DNA from: Eledone cirrhosa | Taxonomy: Eukaryota | Length of the DNA: 64,000 nucleotides | Assembly (NCBI GenBank): GCA_964016885.1 | Contig: OZ024743.1 | Coordinates: 159,960,001-160,024,000 of the forward strand | Direction: 5' to 3' | Part shown: piece by piece, positions 13,896 to 27,286 of the stretch | Layout: each line of letters starts with the position of its first letter | Numbering within the stretch: position 1 is the stretch's first letter | The notes under the pieces: model-generated | Told to the model about the DNA's origin: nothing | The model's database searches: none | The model's input: the letters and a program-made list of their open reading frames with translations, nothing else | Made by a program: the position numbers and the translations under genes

Positions 13896-15501
13896 ATGTC
13901 AACAAACCAAAGAACCAGCGGCACCAGCAACAACAACAACAACAACAATGCTACGGACGAAAACAACACCAATAACAATAACAACAACAACAAGACCAAT
14001 AACTGTGATAACAACAACAATGATAACAACAACACCACCAACTACAACAGCAACACAAACAAGGAAAAGGTCTCCTTCGCCCAGACGGAAAGGAAAACCC
14101 TCGACTATCTGCCAGTAGATATAACCAAAGCGAAGGAGCTACTGGCAGATGCCAAAAAATACATAATGTACGGGGAAAATTGTGCTTTTTCGAATCCCCC
14201 CCCCCCCCTGGAACTAAAAAGCCAGAGACTCCTAAACACTGTCATGTTTAGGACAATCTCAAATAAAAGCAAAAAACCAGCTCAACCATCAAAGAGTGAG
14301 ATAGAGCTGGTTTTAAAAGACGTCATGAAGGACATCACATTCATTCAGAAGGATAGACTCTACGGGAGTCTATCCATTCTCATGAAGGACAGGGACACAG
14401 CAGTTAAACTGTCCATCAAACCAATTACATCCACGGCATACACCTTCTACCCTACGTACATGGGTAGAAGGACACAAAAATTAAAAATCCACACCATCCT
14501 GCCGATTATGGACATATGGTGGGTTTTGAGAGGTTTCTTGAACCTGGATGATGACACGCTCGTGTCCATGGGAAAGGCATCGGGTGACGCGTTCAGTGGA
14601 ACGAGCCTCGAACTTGTAGTTCAAATGAGGCCCGAAAGGATCGCCCAGATCCCTGAACGCGTCGTACTGGATGATCAAACTTTCATCAACATTACCGTTG
14701 AGGGTAGGCGGCCCTCGTGTTACCTCTGTGGAACCAGAGGTCACCTGAGGGCTGTCTGTCCCCAACTTAATAAGAAAACCCCAATCCTGCCTACACCACC
14801 AACAACTGCACAACCAACACAACCACCACAACCACCACTATAAAAACAACAACCACAGCTCAAACCAAAACAAAATAATGTCCAACCCATCAAAAAAAAA
14901 ACAATTCCCAAAACACCCGCACCGCAAACAACCCGAAAACGTACCCCTCCCCTCCAACGCGGAAGATGACCGTCGTTCGTCGTCAGGCGAGGAGTAGCAC
15001 TTCCACACAATCAAAAGAAAAAAAAGAAAACACACCTCAGACACACAAATGAAAACAACCACGCCCCAAAACATAACACTGACACCAACACAAAAGAGCA
15101 CACAACAACAGCAAACAAAAAACACCACACAAAAACAAAAACATGCATACACATACATAAACACAAGAAACAAAAAAACTGTTAAACATTGTGTACAACA
15201 ACAATTTAATAAGAACCCAAGGGCCTAACTTCACCCAGGCAGGGGATTTCCCCCACCTCAAAATGATTAAGGACACTTATAAAACTCTAAAAGATGACTT
15301 TAAAGAGGACGTGCCCCCCCCCCCTCCCTGCGTCGGGCCCATTGACCGCGTCCTCCTAAAAAAACTACCCCAATCCCTCCCCAAACACCCACACAACACA
15401 CTGATGCCCCTACACTTCCACAAACCACCACCCCACCCAACAACCAATCCCCCACCCTCATGGAAATTGTGCATCCCGATAACCGGGACGCAGAGAGGTA
15501 A
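13896..15501 (+). pseudogene. Tx1 ORF1 (gag-like; poly-Asn N-terminus, CYLCGTRGHLRAVC knuckle), disrupted after 14843
   Basis: ORF 13896..14843 plus downstream homology with copy 2, ending MEIVHPDNRDAER*. Confidence 0.85.
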
Positions 15502-15525
15502 GTGCCTTTTCTCTTCACCACCAAC

Positions 15526-18500
15526 ATGGCTATGCTAAGAGTAGGCTGTTTAAAGCGCGTGGCCTGGGCTCAACTTGGAAGCAAGCAATGCTTCTAAATG
15601 ACCTCAGGTCACAACGTATAGATGTGATGGTTATTTGAGAGGCCCGGATCAGCAACGTGCGACAGCTGGCCTCCACCTTTGATGACTTTGAGATGCACGC
15701 ATCTATCTGTCAGCCCGGAGGTAGGGGTGGGGTGGTCGTTCTGCTGCAAAAACATCTGGGTCTCGCAACACAGACGGTACATTGGACCCGGAGGGTCGAC
15801 TAGTGGTTCTGGACCATGGCAGTGGTGAAGGCGGAGCGTTTAGGTTAGTAGCCGCATACGGCCCTTTCGGGTCAATGCGGCCGGACTTCTTCCATCGTCT
15901 GGAGACTTTTCTAGGGACGTCACGCTCCTTGCTATTAGTGGGGGACTGGAATGGTATCCTAGATGCACGCTGGGACTACGTAGGGGCCTGTCCCGATAAA
16001 GAGGGGTGTAATAGCCTCAAAGGGTTAATCGGTCGATTTGACCTGGCCGATAGATATCGACTATATTTTCCGACTGCGCCAACTTGGACTTGGGCAAATC
16101 GTAGCGGATCATCTAGGTCATACCTAGATAGGTTCATAGTTAGAAATAAGGATAAGGACATTTTAAGTTGTCCAAAAATGAGCATGGTTGGCTATTCAGA
16201 CCACAAGTTAGTGAGCTGCATGGTCAACCTTGACAGAACGCATAGACAGGGACCCGGTTACTGGAAGCTCAACTTGTCCTTACCGGCAAGTAAGGCTTAC
16301 AGGGACCGGATTAGCACTTTAGTTAAGGAGCGGTTGACGGGCACCATCGTCAACAGCAGGTGGTGGGGATCTCTCAAAAGAGATATTAGAGTAGTCTCTA
16401 TAGAATTTAGTAAGGAGTTAGCCTCAAATAGAAATAGGAAGGAAAGGGAGCTGGTAGATAGTGTAGAAGAGGCAATTAGAAGCGGCGACGTGGCCAGAGT
16501 GCTAGCGTCGAGAACGGCCCTGGGCCAGTCCTTCGACGCGAAACACGAAGGCTGCATCGTCCGAAGCAAAATACGTGCTCTGGGAAACGAGTGGACCAAA
16601 GCTGTTAGCTGGGCCCGCTTGACAGAAGCCAAAAGAGGGAGCGGATCCACTATCCGGTCTTTGCGAGACCAGGATGGACGGGTGATCCTTGAATCTAGGC
16701 ATATGTGCGAGGCTTTTCAAAAGCACTTTGCCGGATTGTTCGGAAGGGGCGGGGAGCCGGTTGGGGATGTGTACTTCGGTCCATACCTCGACGGCCTGCC
16801 GCGTCTCTCGGACAGGGAGGCGAAGTCTTGCGAGGAACCGATTTCAGCGACTGAGATAGAGGACGTGCTGAGCCAATGCGGCAAACGCAAATCCCCGGGT
16901 CTCGATGGTCTTCCATACGAACTGTATCTAGCTATGTCGGACTTGTGCCCCGATCTCCTCGAGGCGGTCTACTGCAACTGGCAACAGAACGGGAGAATTC
17001 CCTGTGCTGTGACCAAGGGCGTGGTCACGCTAGTGAGGAAGCACGAGAACAAGGGGGACGATATAAATAATTTCAGGCCCATAACTCTGGTAAATACAGA
17101 GTTACAGATTTTGGCCAAGGTGCTAGCAAAGAGATTGGCGCTTGTCGTGGGCAACCTGGTGGGAGAAGCGCAGACATGTGCTATCCCGTCGAGGTCCATC
17201 CACGACAACCTCCACCTCATGCGATACATCATAGAGAGGGTTGGGAACGAACCCGGCTTTGCTGGAGCCCTGATCAACTTCGATCAATCTAAGGCGTTCG
17301 ATAGAGTCGACCATGGTTACCTGGATGCGGTGCTAGCGGCGGCAGACTCCGGACCCGTTTTCAGGGGCTGGATCAATGCTATGCACAGCAGCTGCATCTG
17401 CTCTAGGGTCAAGGTGAACGGCTACCTCTCGGAGCCGTTCGAAATCGTGCGGTCCATCCGACAAGGATGCCCTCTCTCCTCCCTTCTGTATGTAGTGACT
17501 CTAGAGCCACTGCTGCGGAGTTGGAGTTGTTGCAGAGCATCCCGTTGGAACCGAGATTGCGGAAAACAGTGTCGACGACGTAACAGTATCGGTGTCGACG
17601 GCCTCGGAAATCGGGGCGATCGGCACCTTACTGGAGGAGTACGAAAGGTTTACAGGGGCTAACCTGAACAGGGACAAGTCGCTCGGTCTGCAACTCGGCA
17701 CGTGGAGGGGCAGATCGATGCCCTCCGATGGCGCCGTCGGGCGCTGGACGGAGGGCCCGGTGAAGTTGCTCGGGGTCTGGTTCGGACCAGACCTCCAGGT
17801 GGAGAAGAACGGGGGTGAGGTAACGAACAGGGATTTGCACTGAACCAGAAGTGGGCCGAGTGCAAACTGTCCCTGAAAGGTCGGTGCGGAGGTGGCGAAC
17901 ACTTATATAGCGTCCGTCATCTACTACCGCCTGACCGTTGTGCCTTGCCCAAGCGAAACGCTCGCTAAAATGGAGCGCGCACTCTTCCAAATCCTTTGGA
18001 AGAAGCGGGCTCCTATGGTGAGGAGATCCATCTGCTGTCAACACCCTTCGAAAGGAGGGCTGGGGATGCCGTGGCTAATGATACGTAAACACGCATTAAG
18101 TCTACGGCACCTCCAGGTATTCCTCACCGGTCAACCGGTGAGGGCCCCGTTTGTGAGGCGAGCCTTTCCCAGACTCGTCTCACTCACCGAGCTGCAATCC
18201 TGGGTCAAGCAAAGACCGAGAAAACTGGGCGCCTGGCACACCGAGTGTGCCCAGGCGCTCACGGCTCTCTGGCAGGCGGACCCGGCTGTCAGTGGAGGAT
18301 CCACCTCGTCATTCTATAGAGGGCTGGTGGTTAGCAGGTGCGACGACGCCTTCGGAGAAGCCCTAGGCATGGAGGAAGACGAACTGGACAACCTGTTCGG
18401 TAGGACAGTCAGCCCGGGACCCATGGAGAAATTCCAGAGGTCCCTGGCCTGGCAGTGCTACCGAGGGGCTCTGCCCGTTCGAGAAAGTCTCTACAGATAC

Positions 18501-18950
18501 GGGTGCCCGGGTAGGGACCCCTCAAAAAAGATCTGTCCCAGATGCGTGTGCGACGAGGAAACTGTTGCACACGCTTTGGTACACTGCTCGGGCATTGCCG
18601 ATCTGTGGGGCTATGTCGAACAACTGCTGTCAAGGGTGGGACCGATCCGGTTGACCACCGAGTCTATTGTAACGATCAAGCCGCCTCCCCTCTTCAAAAA
18701 CGATGGAGAGGCGGTGTTTCTGTGCGCAATAGCCATGGCGAAAGAGGTTGTATGGTGGACGCGTCTGAAAGGACTGAGGTCAAACACCTTTCTCTCTGGC
18801 CAACAACTGGTCCGTTTCTTCCGACATCATTTCGGAAGAAGGATCAGGATGGAGAGACAGGTGCTGCACCCCTGCCGTTTCTATGAAAGATGGGTGAAAG
18901 TGGCGCGTATGGCCCGTGTGAATGGGCCTTCACTCTACATCAGACTATAG
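15526..18950 (+). pseudogene. Tx1 ORF2: AP endonuclease, RT, C-terminal CxxC..HxxxxC; frameshifted
   Basis: GDWN, SDH, YWKLN, SPGLDG, RPITL, DQSKAFD, RQGCPLS, GGLG, CPRC...ETVAHALVHC across ORFs 15782..17662, 17592..17843 and 17892..18950. Confidence 0.92.
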
Positions 18951-19246
18951 GTGAGGAAGATGAAAGACCAAGGCAGCACCCCCTCTCTGTGCTCCTGAGG
19001 AGAAGGGTTGCACACTTTTTTTCGGGGGTGTGTGCGACCCCTCAAGGCGCCTCCTCCCTATTGAGGATTTTGTTAAAAAATTTATTTTGTTATATTTTAT
19101 TTTATTTTTATACTTCTATATCTTCTTATTGCCTCCTCCATATTGAGGACGCCTTTGCATGTAATCTCCCCCCTTTGTACTTGTCCCACTTTTGATGCCC
19201 TGGTTGCAAATAAAAAGAAAGTTATCTATCTATCTATCTCTCTCTA

Positions 19247-22200
19247 CCAGACGTGTGTAACTTCGCGGAGAAGTTTCCGTAAATTTATGTAAGAAAAACC
19301 CTGAGTTTTCAGTTAAATTTTATATTATTGTGTAGCTTGACCCTGTCTGGACCCTCAGGCGGTGTGTCAACTCATTTTCGACCCTACAGGGGCGAAATAT
19401 TCGTTTGAAAAATTTTTCTCCATCGAATTTTGAAAAAGTATCGTGAGAAGCTTGATTACGATATGAACGCTGCCTTTGGCGATAATGGTAGTGGAGATAC
19501 TATGGAGATGGAAAGACGAAATCAAATTATAAAAACAAATTCATATCCAAACGACACAAATGACACCAAGCAGTACAATGACAACAACACCAATAATGAT
19601 GATAAAAACAACAATGACAACAACAACAAAGAAAAAAATAAAGACAACACCAATAATACCAGCATCAAAGATAACAACAACACCAACACCAAGGAAAATA
19701 GAACAATATCAACATCAGTGACAACAAGAACAACAACAACAATAACAACAATAATGACAACACCACCAACACAGATAATTCCACAAAGAAACCGAAAATC
19801 TCCTTTGCACAGACAGTTCAGAAAAAGGAGGAACTAACGTATCTCGATATATCAAATGCCGAACAACTTCTAAAGGACGCTAGGAGATACGTTACTTTCG
19901 AAAAGAATGGTGCTTTCAGTACCAATTCCCCTGTAGAAATTCGCAAGTAAACTGACCTCAAAACGATAGTTTTAGGAGAGTTTCCAATACTACGCGAAAA
20001 CCGGGCCAATTGTCACAGAAAGAAATTGACTGGTTTTCAAAAATTCAATGAATGATATTTCATTCATTCACAGAGGCAAACTCTTTGGGAGTATTTCGGT
20101 ACACATGAAGGATCAATTGACGGCCCAAAATTACTCTGTGTCGCCAATTGTATCCAAGCTGTATACCTTTTTCCCTACATACATGTAAAAAAGGACACAA
20201 AAGATTAGAATCATAAGTGTCACACCAAAGGTAAACATATGGTGCATACTGTGCGGCTTCATCAATTTTGATGAATAACAGAATACTTTCAGTAGGAAAG
20301 TCCCCCAGAGATGTATTTAATAGGACAAGCGTTGAAGTTCTGGTGCAAATGAGCCCAGAGAGAATAGCGATGATCCCACAACGTGTACTCCTGGACGGAC
20401 TCACCTACATAAACATTTCGATTGAGGGTAGGCGGCCTTCATGTTACCAATGCTTTAGCAGGGGTCACCTGAAGGCTTCCTGTCCTAAATTAATGAGTCA
20501 AAAAAAGACTCTTCTGCCGACACCCATCAAAATAACACAACCACCAACACCACCACAACAACAACAACACCAACAAACAAAAATAACCACAACAAATACA
20601 GTCCAACCCAACCCCACTCCACCTAAAACCACTACAAAATCACATACAGACACAACAGCTCCCCAAGACATACCCATCCCCAATCACACAGATGAGGCTA
20701 TCTCGTCATCACCCAGTGAAGACGAGGGAGAACCACATCGCTCGAAAAGAAAAAAAAAGACACCGCAAAAAAACCCCCAGCAAACACAACAACAAACATA
20801 CAACCACCAACACAAACAACAAAAACATCACAAACAAAACGCCCACCTCCTGAAAACAAAATACCTAAAACAAAACGAACGCACACACAAGAACTACAGA
20901 CAAAAACAAACACAACACAAAAAAAGTACACTTACACATACATAAACACTGAAAGCAAAACACTAATGGAGACCATCATGAACAACCCTTCGGTGAAAAC
21001 CTAAGGGAAAACTTTCGCCCACTCTATTAAAAATATCAACAAACTGAACCTAAAACTGATTAGGGTCCCTATACAAACTTATAGGTCCATAAAAGAAACA
21101 TTTGAAAAGGATGTGAGGAATACCTGCCTGAAACCACTTAACCGCGTCCTTCTCAAATGTCTCCCCACCCCAGACACCCCCACCCATACACCCCCATCCC
21201 AACAACCCCTCCCCACCAAACATCTACGTCCCCACCCCGCCGGAATCCACTACCCATTCATTCAACTCCTCCAGCACGCCCATGGAAATCGTGCGGCCTG
21301 GTCCCCAGGAGACGAAGAGGTGAGTGATTTCTGTTCCTCCTCTTTTAACTTTTCAGCACCAACATGGCCAGTATAAGAGTTGGATGTGTGAACGTACGCG
21401 GCCAGGGGATGCCCTGGAAACAGGGCAAACACTTAAACGACCTCAAGTCGCACAGTATGGATGTAGTTGTCATTTGCGAGTCCAGGATCCACAGCGAACG
21501 ACATATGGCGCCCATCTTCGACGACTTTGAGATCTACGCATCTCTCTGTCAGCCGGGAGATGGGGGAGGAGTTGCCGTTTTGCTGCGGAAATACCTGGAC
21601 CTCGTAACACAGACGGTACATCTGGACCCGAAGGGTCGTCTGGTGGTCCTAGACGTTGACGGTAGTGAAGGTGGAGCCTTTAGGCTGGTGGCCGCATATA
21701 CCTGATCTGGGACACCGCGGCCAGACTTCTTCAAACGTATAGAGAATGTTCTGGGAACGTCCCGCTCCTTGCTTTTAGTGGGGAACTGGAATGGAATCCT
21801 AGATGCACGTTGGGACTATGTGGGAGCATGTCCCGATAAAGGATGGTGTAACAGCCTCAAACAGTTAATCGGCCGATTTGACCTGGCCATAGATATCGAC
21901 TAGATATTCCGACTGTGCCACTGTGGACGTGGACTAATCGTAGCGGAACATCTAGATCGTACCTAGATAGGGTTCTAGTTAGAAATAAGGATAGGGTTAT
22001 GTTAAGCTGTCCACAAATGTTCATGGTTGCCTATTCAGATCACAAACTATTGACCTGTGTGGTCAATCTTGATAGAACACATAGACAAGGACCCGGCTAC
22101 TGGAAGCTGAACTTGTCGTTACCGACATGCAAAGCCTACAGTAAACGGATTAGCACTTTAGTTAAGCAGCACTTGGGAGGGGCCATTGTCAACAACAGAT

Positions 22201-25030
22201 GGTGGTACTCTCTTAAGAGGGCAGTTAGATTAGACTCGTTAGTTTTAGTAAAGAATTAGCGTTAGATAGAAATAGCACCGAGAAGGAATTGGTAGATAAA
22301 GTAGAAGAGGCAATTAGAAGTGGCAACGTAGCCAGCGTGCTAGCAACGGGAACGGCCTTGGACCAGTTCTTTGACGCAAAGCCCGAGGGCTGCGTTGTCA
22401 GAAGCAAAATACGTGCTCTGGGTAACGAGGGAGCCAAAGCTGTTAGCTGGGCCAGGTGACGGAGGCGAAAAGTGGCAACAAGTCCATGATTCGGTCTTTG
22501 AAGGACCAAGACGGATGCGTGATACGTGAGCGGAAGCAGATGTGCGCGGCCTTTCAGCGGCACTTTGCTCAGCTGTTCGGGCAGAGCGGCGCGCCGGAAG
22601 AAACTATGGATTTCGGTCCATACCTCGACAGCCTACCGCGACTCTCGGACAGCGAGGCGAAGTTCTGTGAAAAGCCGATTTCAGCCGCTGAGATAGGGGA
22701 CGCGCTGAGCCAATGCGGCAAACGCAAATCTCCAGGTCTCGACGGTCTACGCTACGAAATTTAGGTAGCAATGCCGGACTTGTTCTCCAGTCTCCTGGAA
22801 GCGGTCTACTGCAACTGGCATCAGAATAGGAGAATTCCCAGTTCTGTGACCAGGGGCGTAGTTACACTAGTCAGGAAGGACGATAATATGGGAGATGACA
22901 TAGGCAACTTCCGGCCCATAACTCTGCTAAACACAGCGTTACAGATTTTGGCCAATGTTTTGGCAAAGAGGCTGGCGCTTGTCGTCGAAAACCTGGGGGG
23001 AGAAGCGCAGACATGCCCCGACCAGGTCCATACACGACAACCTCCACCTCATGCAATACATCATAGAGAGGGCAGGGTGTATACCCGGCTTCGGTGGGGC
23101 CATGATCAACTTGGAACAGTTCTAAGGCTTTCGATAGGGTTGACCATCGTTTTCTGGATGCGGTGATCGAGGCGGCAGGCTTGGGACCAGTGTTCAGGGT
23201 CTGGATTGATGCATGCACAACAGCAACACCTGCTCAAGGGTCAAGGTGAACGGCTACCTCTCGGAGCCGTTCCATATCACGCGATCCATCCGACAGGGAT
23301 GCCCTCTCTCCTCCCTTCTGTACGTAATAACTCTCGAGCCACTACTGCGGAAGTTGGAGCTATTGCAGGGCATCCCTCTAGAACCGGGACTGCAGAAAGC
23401 GGCGTCGGCCTACGCCGACGATGTGGCAGTAATGGTGTTGAGCACCTCGCAAATAGAGGAAGTCGGCACCTTACTGAAGGAATACAGAAGTTTCACAGGA
23501 GAAAAGCTGAACCGGGACAAGTCCGTCGGTTTGCAACTCGGATAGTGGAGAGCGAAACCGATGCCTTCCGATGGCGTCGTCGGACGCTGGAAGGAAGACC
23601 AGTAAAGCTGCTCGGAGTATGGTTTGGTCTGGACCTCCAGGTGGAGAAAAACTGGAACGAGGTGACGGCCTAGGTGTTTGCACTCACCCAGAAGTGCGCC
23701 GAGTGCAAACTATCCTTAAAGGTTGAGCGGAGGTGGCGAACACTTTTATAGCGTCCGTCATCTACTACCGCTTGACCATCGTGCCTTGTCCAGGCAAAAC
23801 GCTCACCAAAATGGAGCGCGCGCTCTTCCAATTCGTTTGGAAGAAGCGGGTTTCTTTGGTGAGAAGATCCAGCTGCTGCCAACACCCTTCCAACGGAGGG
23901 CTGGGATTACCATGGCTGACGATGCGCAAACACGCGCTCAGACTGCGGCATCTCTACGTATTCCTCACCAGAAACCGGTGTGGGACCCGTTCTGGAGGCG
24001 AGCCTTCCCACGACTCGTCTTGCTGACCGAGCTGCAGTCCTGTGTCAAGCATAGACCGAGGAAAATGGGCGACTGGCACACCGAATGTGCTCAGACGCTG
24101 ACAGCCCTCTAGCAGGCGGACCCGGCGATCAGTGGAGACTCCACTTCGTCATTCTATAGAGGGTTGATCCGCAGCAAGTGCGACGAGCGCGCGCGGAGAA
24201 ACTCTAGGCGTAGAGGAAGACGAACTGGCCAGTCTGTTCGGTAGGACCTTCCGCCCGGGACCGATGGACAACCTCCCAAAGTCCCTGGCCTGGCAGTGCT
24301 ACCGAGGAGCTCTACCAGTTCGAAACAAGCTCTGTAGACATGGGTGCCCGGGCAGGGACCCTTCGAAAAAGATCTGTCTGAGGTGTGTGCGAGACGAAGA
24401 AACCATCGCGCACGCATTCATACACTGCCCAGGCGTTACCGACCTGTAGGCCTATGTAGAACGACTATTGTCGCGGATGGGACCAATCCGGTTGACTGCA
24501 AATTACATTGTCATGATAAAACCACCAACCTCCTTCAAAAACAAAGGAGAGGCGGTTTTCATTTGTGTGATAGCTATGGCGAAAGAGGTTGTATGGTGGG
24601 CGAGGTTAAAAGGGCTGAGGTCAGACACCTTTCTCTCCGGCCAACAGCTGATTCTTTTTTTCAAATACAACTTTGGAAGATGAATCAGGATGGAGAGAGA
24701 GGTGCTGTACCCCAGCAAGTTTATGAAAGGTGGGTGAAAGTGGCGAGAATGGCCCGAGTGGATGGGCCTTCTCTCTATATCAGCCTGTAGGTTGAGGAAA
24801 AGGGGGAGGAGAGGAAAGGAGTACAAACTCTTCGTACTCCTGGAGATGAGGGTTGCACATTTTTTCGGAGGTATGTGTTACCCATATGAACTGTCTCCCC
24901 CTATTGGGGGAAAATCGACTAATTTTTTTAATTGTATTTGTGATAACATTTTACACCTTTTTATTGTATGTAAACCTCCCCGTTTGTATTTGTCCCCTTC
25001 TTTTGTGCCCCTGTGGCTAATAAAGTAACA
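19247..25030 (+). mobile_element. Tx1/L1-clade LINE, array copy 2 (apparently full length, decayed)
   Basis: 5' UTR, ORF1 (~19463-21323, CYQCFSRGHLKASC), ORF2 (21364-24790, YADD in ORF 23213..23545), AATAAA at ~25019, then TATCTATCT. Confidence 0.92.
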
Positions 25031-25040
25031 TATCTATCTT

Positions 25041-26835
25041 CGGATGGTATAGACGTTCTTCACATCGGCTCCTAGTGTATTGGAGATATTACGTGTTAAC
25101 AGTAAGTGTTTGTCTGTATTCTTGCGTTATTGTGTTAATTAACCCCCTTGCCTGGGTCTTCGGAGATTAGGGTTAATTTATTTCACCCCTTTTGGAGTGA
25201 AAATTGTCATCCTAAACGTCTTGTAATTGTCTCTACGCTAGTGGTAATGGAAGCCATTACCACAGGTAACGATGACACGCCCACTAAACAAATTGAAAGA
25301 GAGCGGGTAGCGGTGGCAACAAGCCTCCCTACTGAAAGAATAATGATTATTAGAAACATTGAAAAAATGGAGGCTAACCCTAATGAAAAAAATGTGAAAA
25401 AAATTGACTCGGAGAAATTGCCAACATTAATGGATGCCATTTCAACTTTTCACGATGCCACACCCACCAGCAAAGCTGAAAGAGAACTAGTAACTGTAAC
25501 TACAAGTCTCTCAGATACTGAAAATATAAGTGAACATTTTGAAAAAATGGAGTCTAATTCCATAAATAACACAAACACAACAAAAAATGAAAATTGTAAC
25601 AACAAAAAACAAGAAAACCACATTTCGACAATTGTAAACAGAGAGGGGGCGAACAAAATGACGTTCGCGCAAAGCATAAAAAAAACTATCGTGTACGAAC
25701 CTATTGACATTTCGAACATGGCCCAGCAAATGGAAAATGCACGGAAGTATATAACTTTGGAAGAGAATGGTCTATTTTCTTTAAATTCTCCCCCAGAGCT
25801 AAAAAAAGAAAATAGCTTAAAAACTATTATTTATAGGACAATATCGAACAAAACCCGTAAGCCAGTACAACTCACACTGACAGATTGAACTAGCGTTAAA
25901 AGATCATCTGAAACACATTGTATTCATTCGGAAGGATAGATTCTACGGTAGTCTATCCATCCGAATGAAAGATAAATTGAGAGCCGAAAAACATTCCCTG
26001 GCCGCTATTGTGTCCCCTTTATTTACCTTCTTCCCCACTTATTTGAGATAGATATCGACTAGATTTTCCGACTGTGCCAACCTGGACTTGGAGAAACCAC
26101 TGCGGTCAATCTAGATCGTACCTAGATAGGTTCTTAGTTAGAAATAAGGATAGGGAATTTTTAGGTTGTCCAAAAATGCTCATGGTTGGCTATTCAGACC
26201 ACAAGTTAGTGACCTCCATGGTCAACCTTGATAGAACGCATAGACAGGGACCCGCTTACTGGAAGCTCAACTTGTCCTTACCGGCAAGTAAAGCTTACAG
26301 GAACCGGATTAGTACATTAGTTAAGGAGCGGTTGACGGGCGCCATCGTCAACAGCAGGTGGTAGGGCTCTCTCAAAAGAGAGATTAGAGTAGCTTCAATA
26401 GGAGTTAGTAAGCAGTAGCCTCAGATTGAAATAGGAAGGAAAGGGAGTTGGTAGATAGTGTAGAAGAGGCAATTAGAAGCGGCGACGTAGTCAGGGTGCT
26501 AGGGTCGAGAAACGCCTTGGGCCAATTCTTCGACGCGAAACACGAAGGCTGCGTTGTCCGAAGCAAAATACGTGCTCTGGAAAACGAGGGGCCCAAAGCT
26601 GTTAGCTGGGCCCGCGTGACAAGTCAAAAGTGGGACTAGATCCACTATCCGGTCTTTGCGAGACCAGGATGGACGGGTGATCCTTGAACCTAAGCAGATG
26701 TGCGAGGCCTTTCAAATACACTTTGTCCGATTGTGCGGAAGGGGCGAGGGACCGGATGGGGATGTCTACATCGGTCCATGCCTCGACGGCTTGCCGCGTC
26801 TTTCGGATGAGGTGGCGACGTCCTGCGAGAGGCCG
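25041..26835 (+). mobile_element. Tx1/L1-clade LINE, array copy 3 (internal deletion or chimera, 3'-truncated)
   Basis: ORF1 from ATG 25247 to ..FFPTYL (~26045) joins directly to mid-endonuclease DRYRLDFP.. of ORF2. Confidence 0.85.
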
Positions 26836-26839
26836 AGCT

Positions 26840-27124
26840 CAACTAGAACATCGTTCCTGTGTCAGTGTTGAACAAAAAGGTGACGTGGTTGCCTAAACAC
26901 TGTACGGCGTAATTCGGGCTGTTTGTTTGTTTACAAACAGACAAACCGTGCATTATAATAAATGTTCGGTAAACCGATACGTGCATATATATATATGTGT
27001 GCATGTATGTATATATATACATACTACTGTACGTCTGTATACATATATGTATGTACGTATACATACATACTTACATTTAAGTAACTGTCGTACTAATAGT
27101 GAGAAATGAAATTTTGTTTCATTC
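26840..27124 (+). mobile_element. Family D element, circularly permuted partial copy
   Basis: Matches revcomp(10462-10585) and then continues directly into revcomp(10738-10901). Confidence 0.75.
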
Positions 27125-27246
27125 TATACCATTTATATATATATATATATATAAGTAAATTTGTATTCCAATGTTACTAAGTAGTTGCATTGGATGGAGT
27201 CAATAAATTCTTTATACCCGCATTTCTATTTCATAAACTTCTTCTC

Positions 27247-27286
<40 letters not shown>

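Larger units (their letters stand above)
13843..19222 (+). mobile_element. Tx1/L1-clade LINE, array copy 1 (slightly 5'-truncated)
   Basis: ORF1 with CCHC knuckle, ORF2 APE-RT-zinc motif, AATAAA at ~19209 followed by (TATC)n. Confidence 0.92.
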
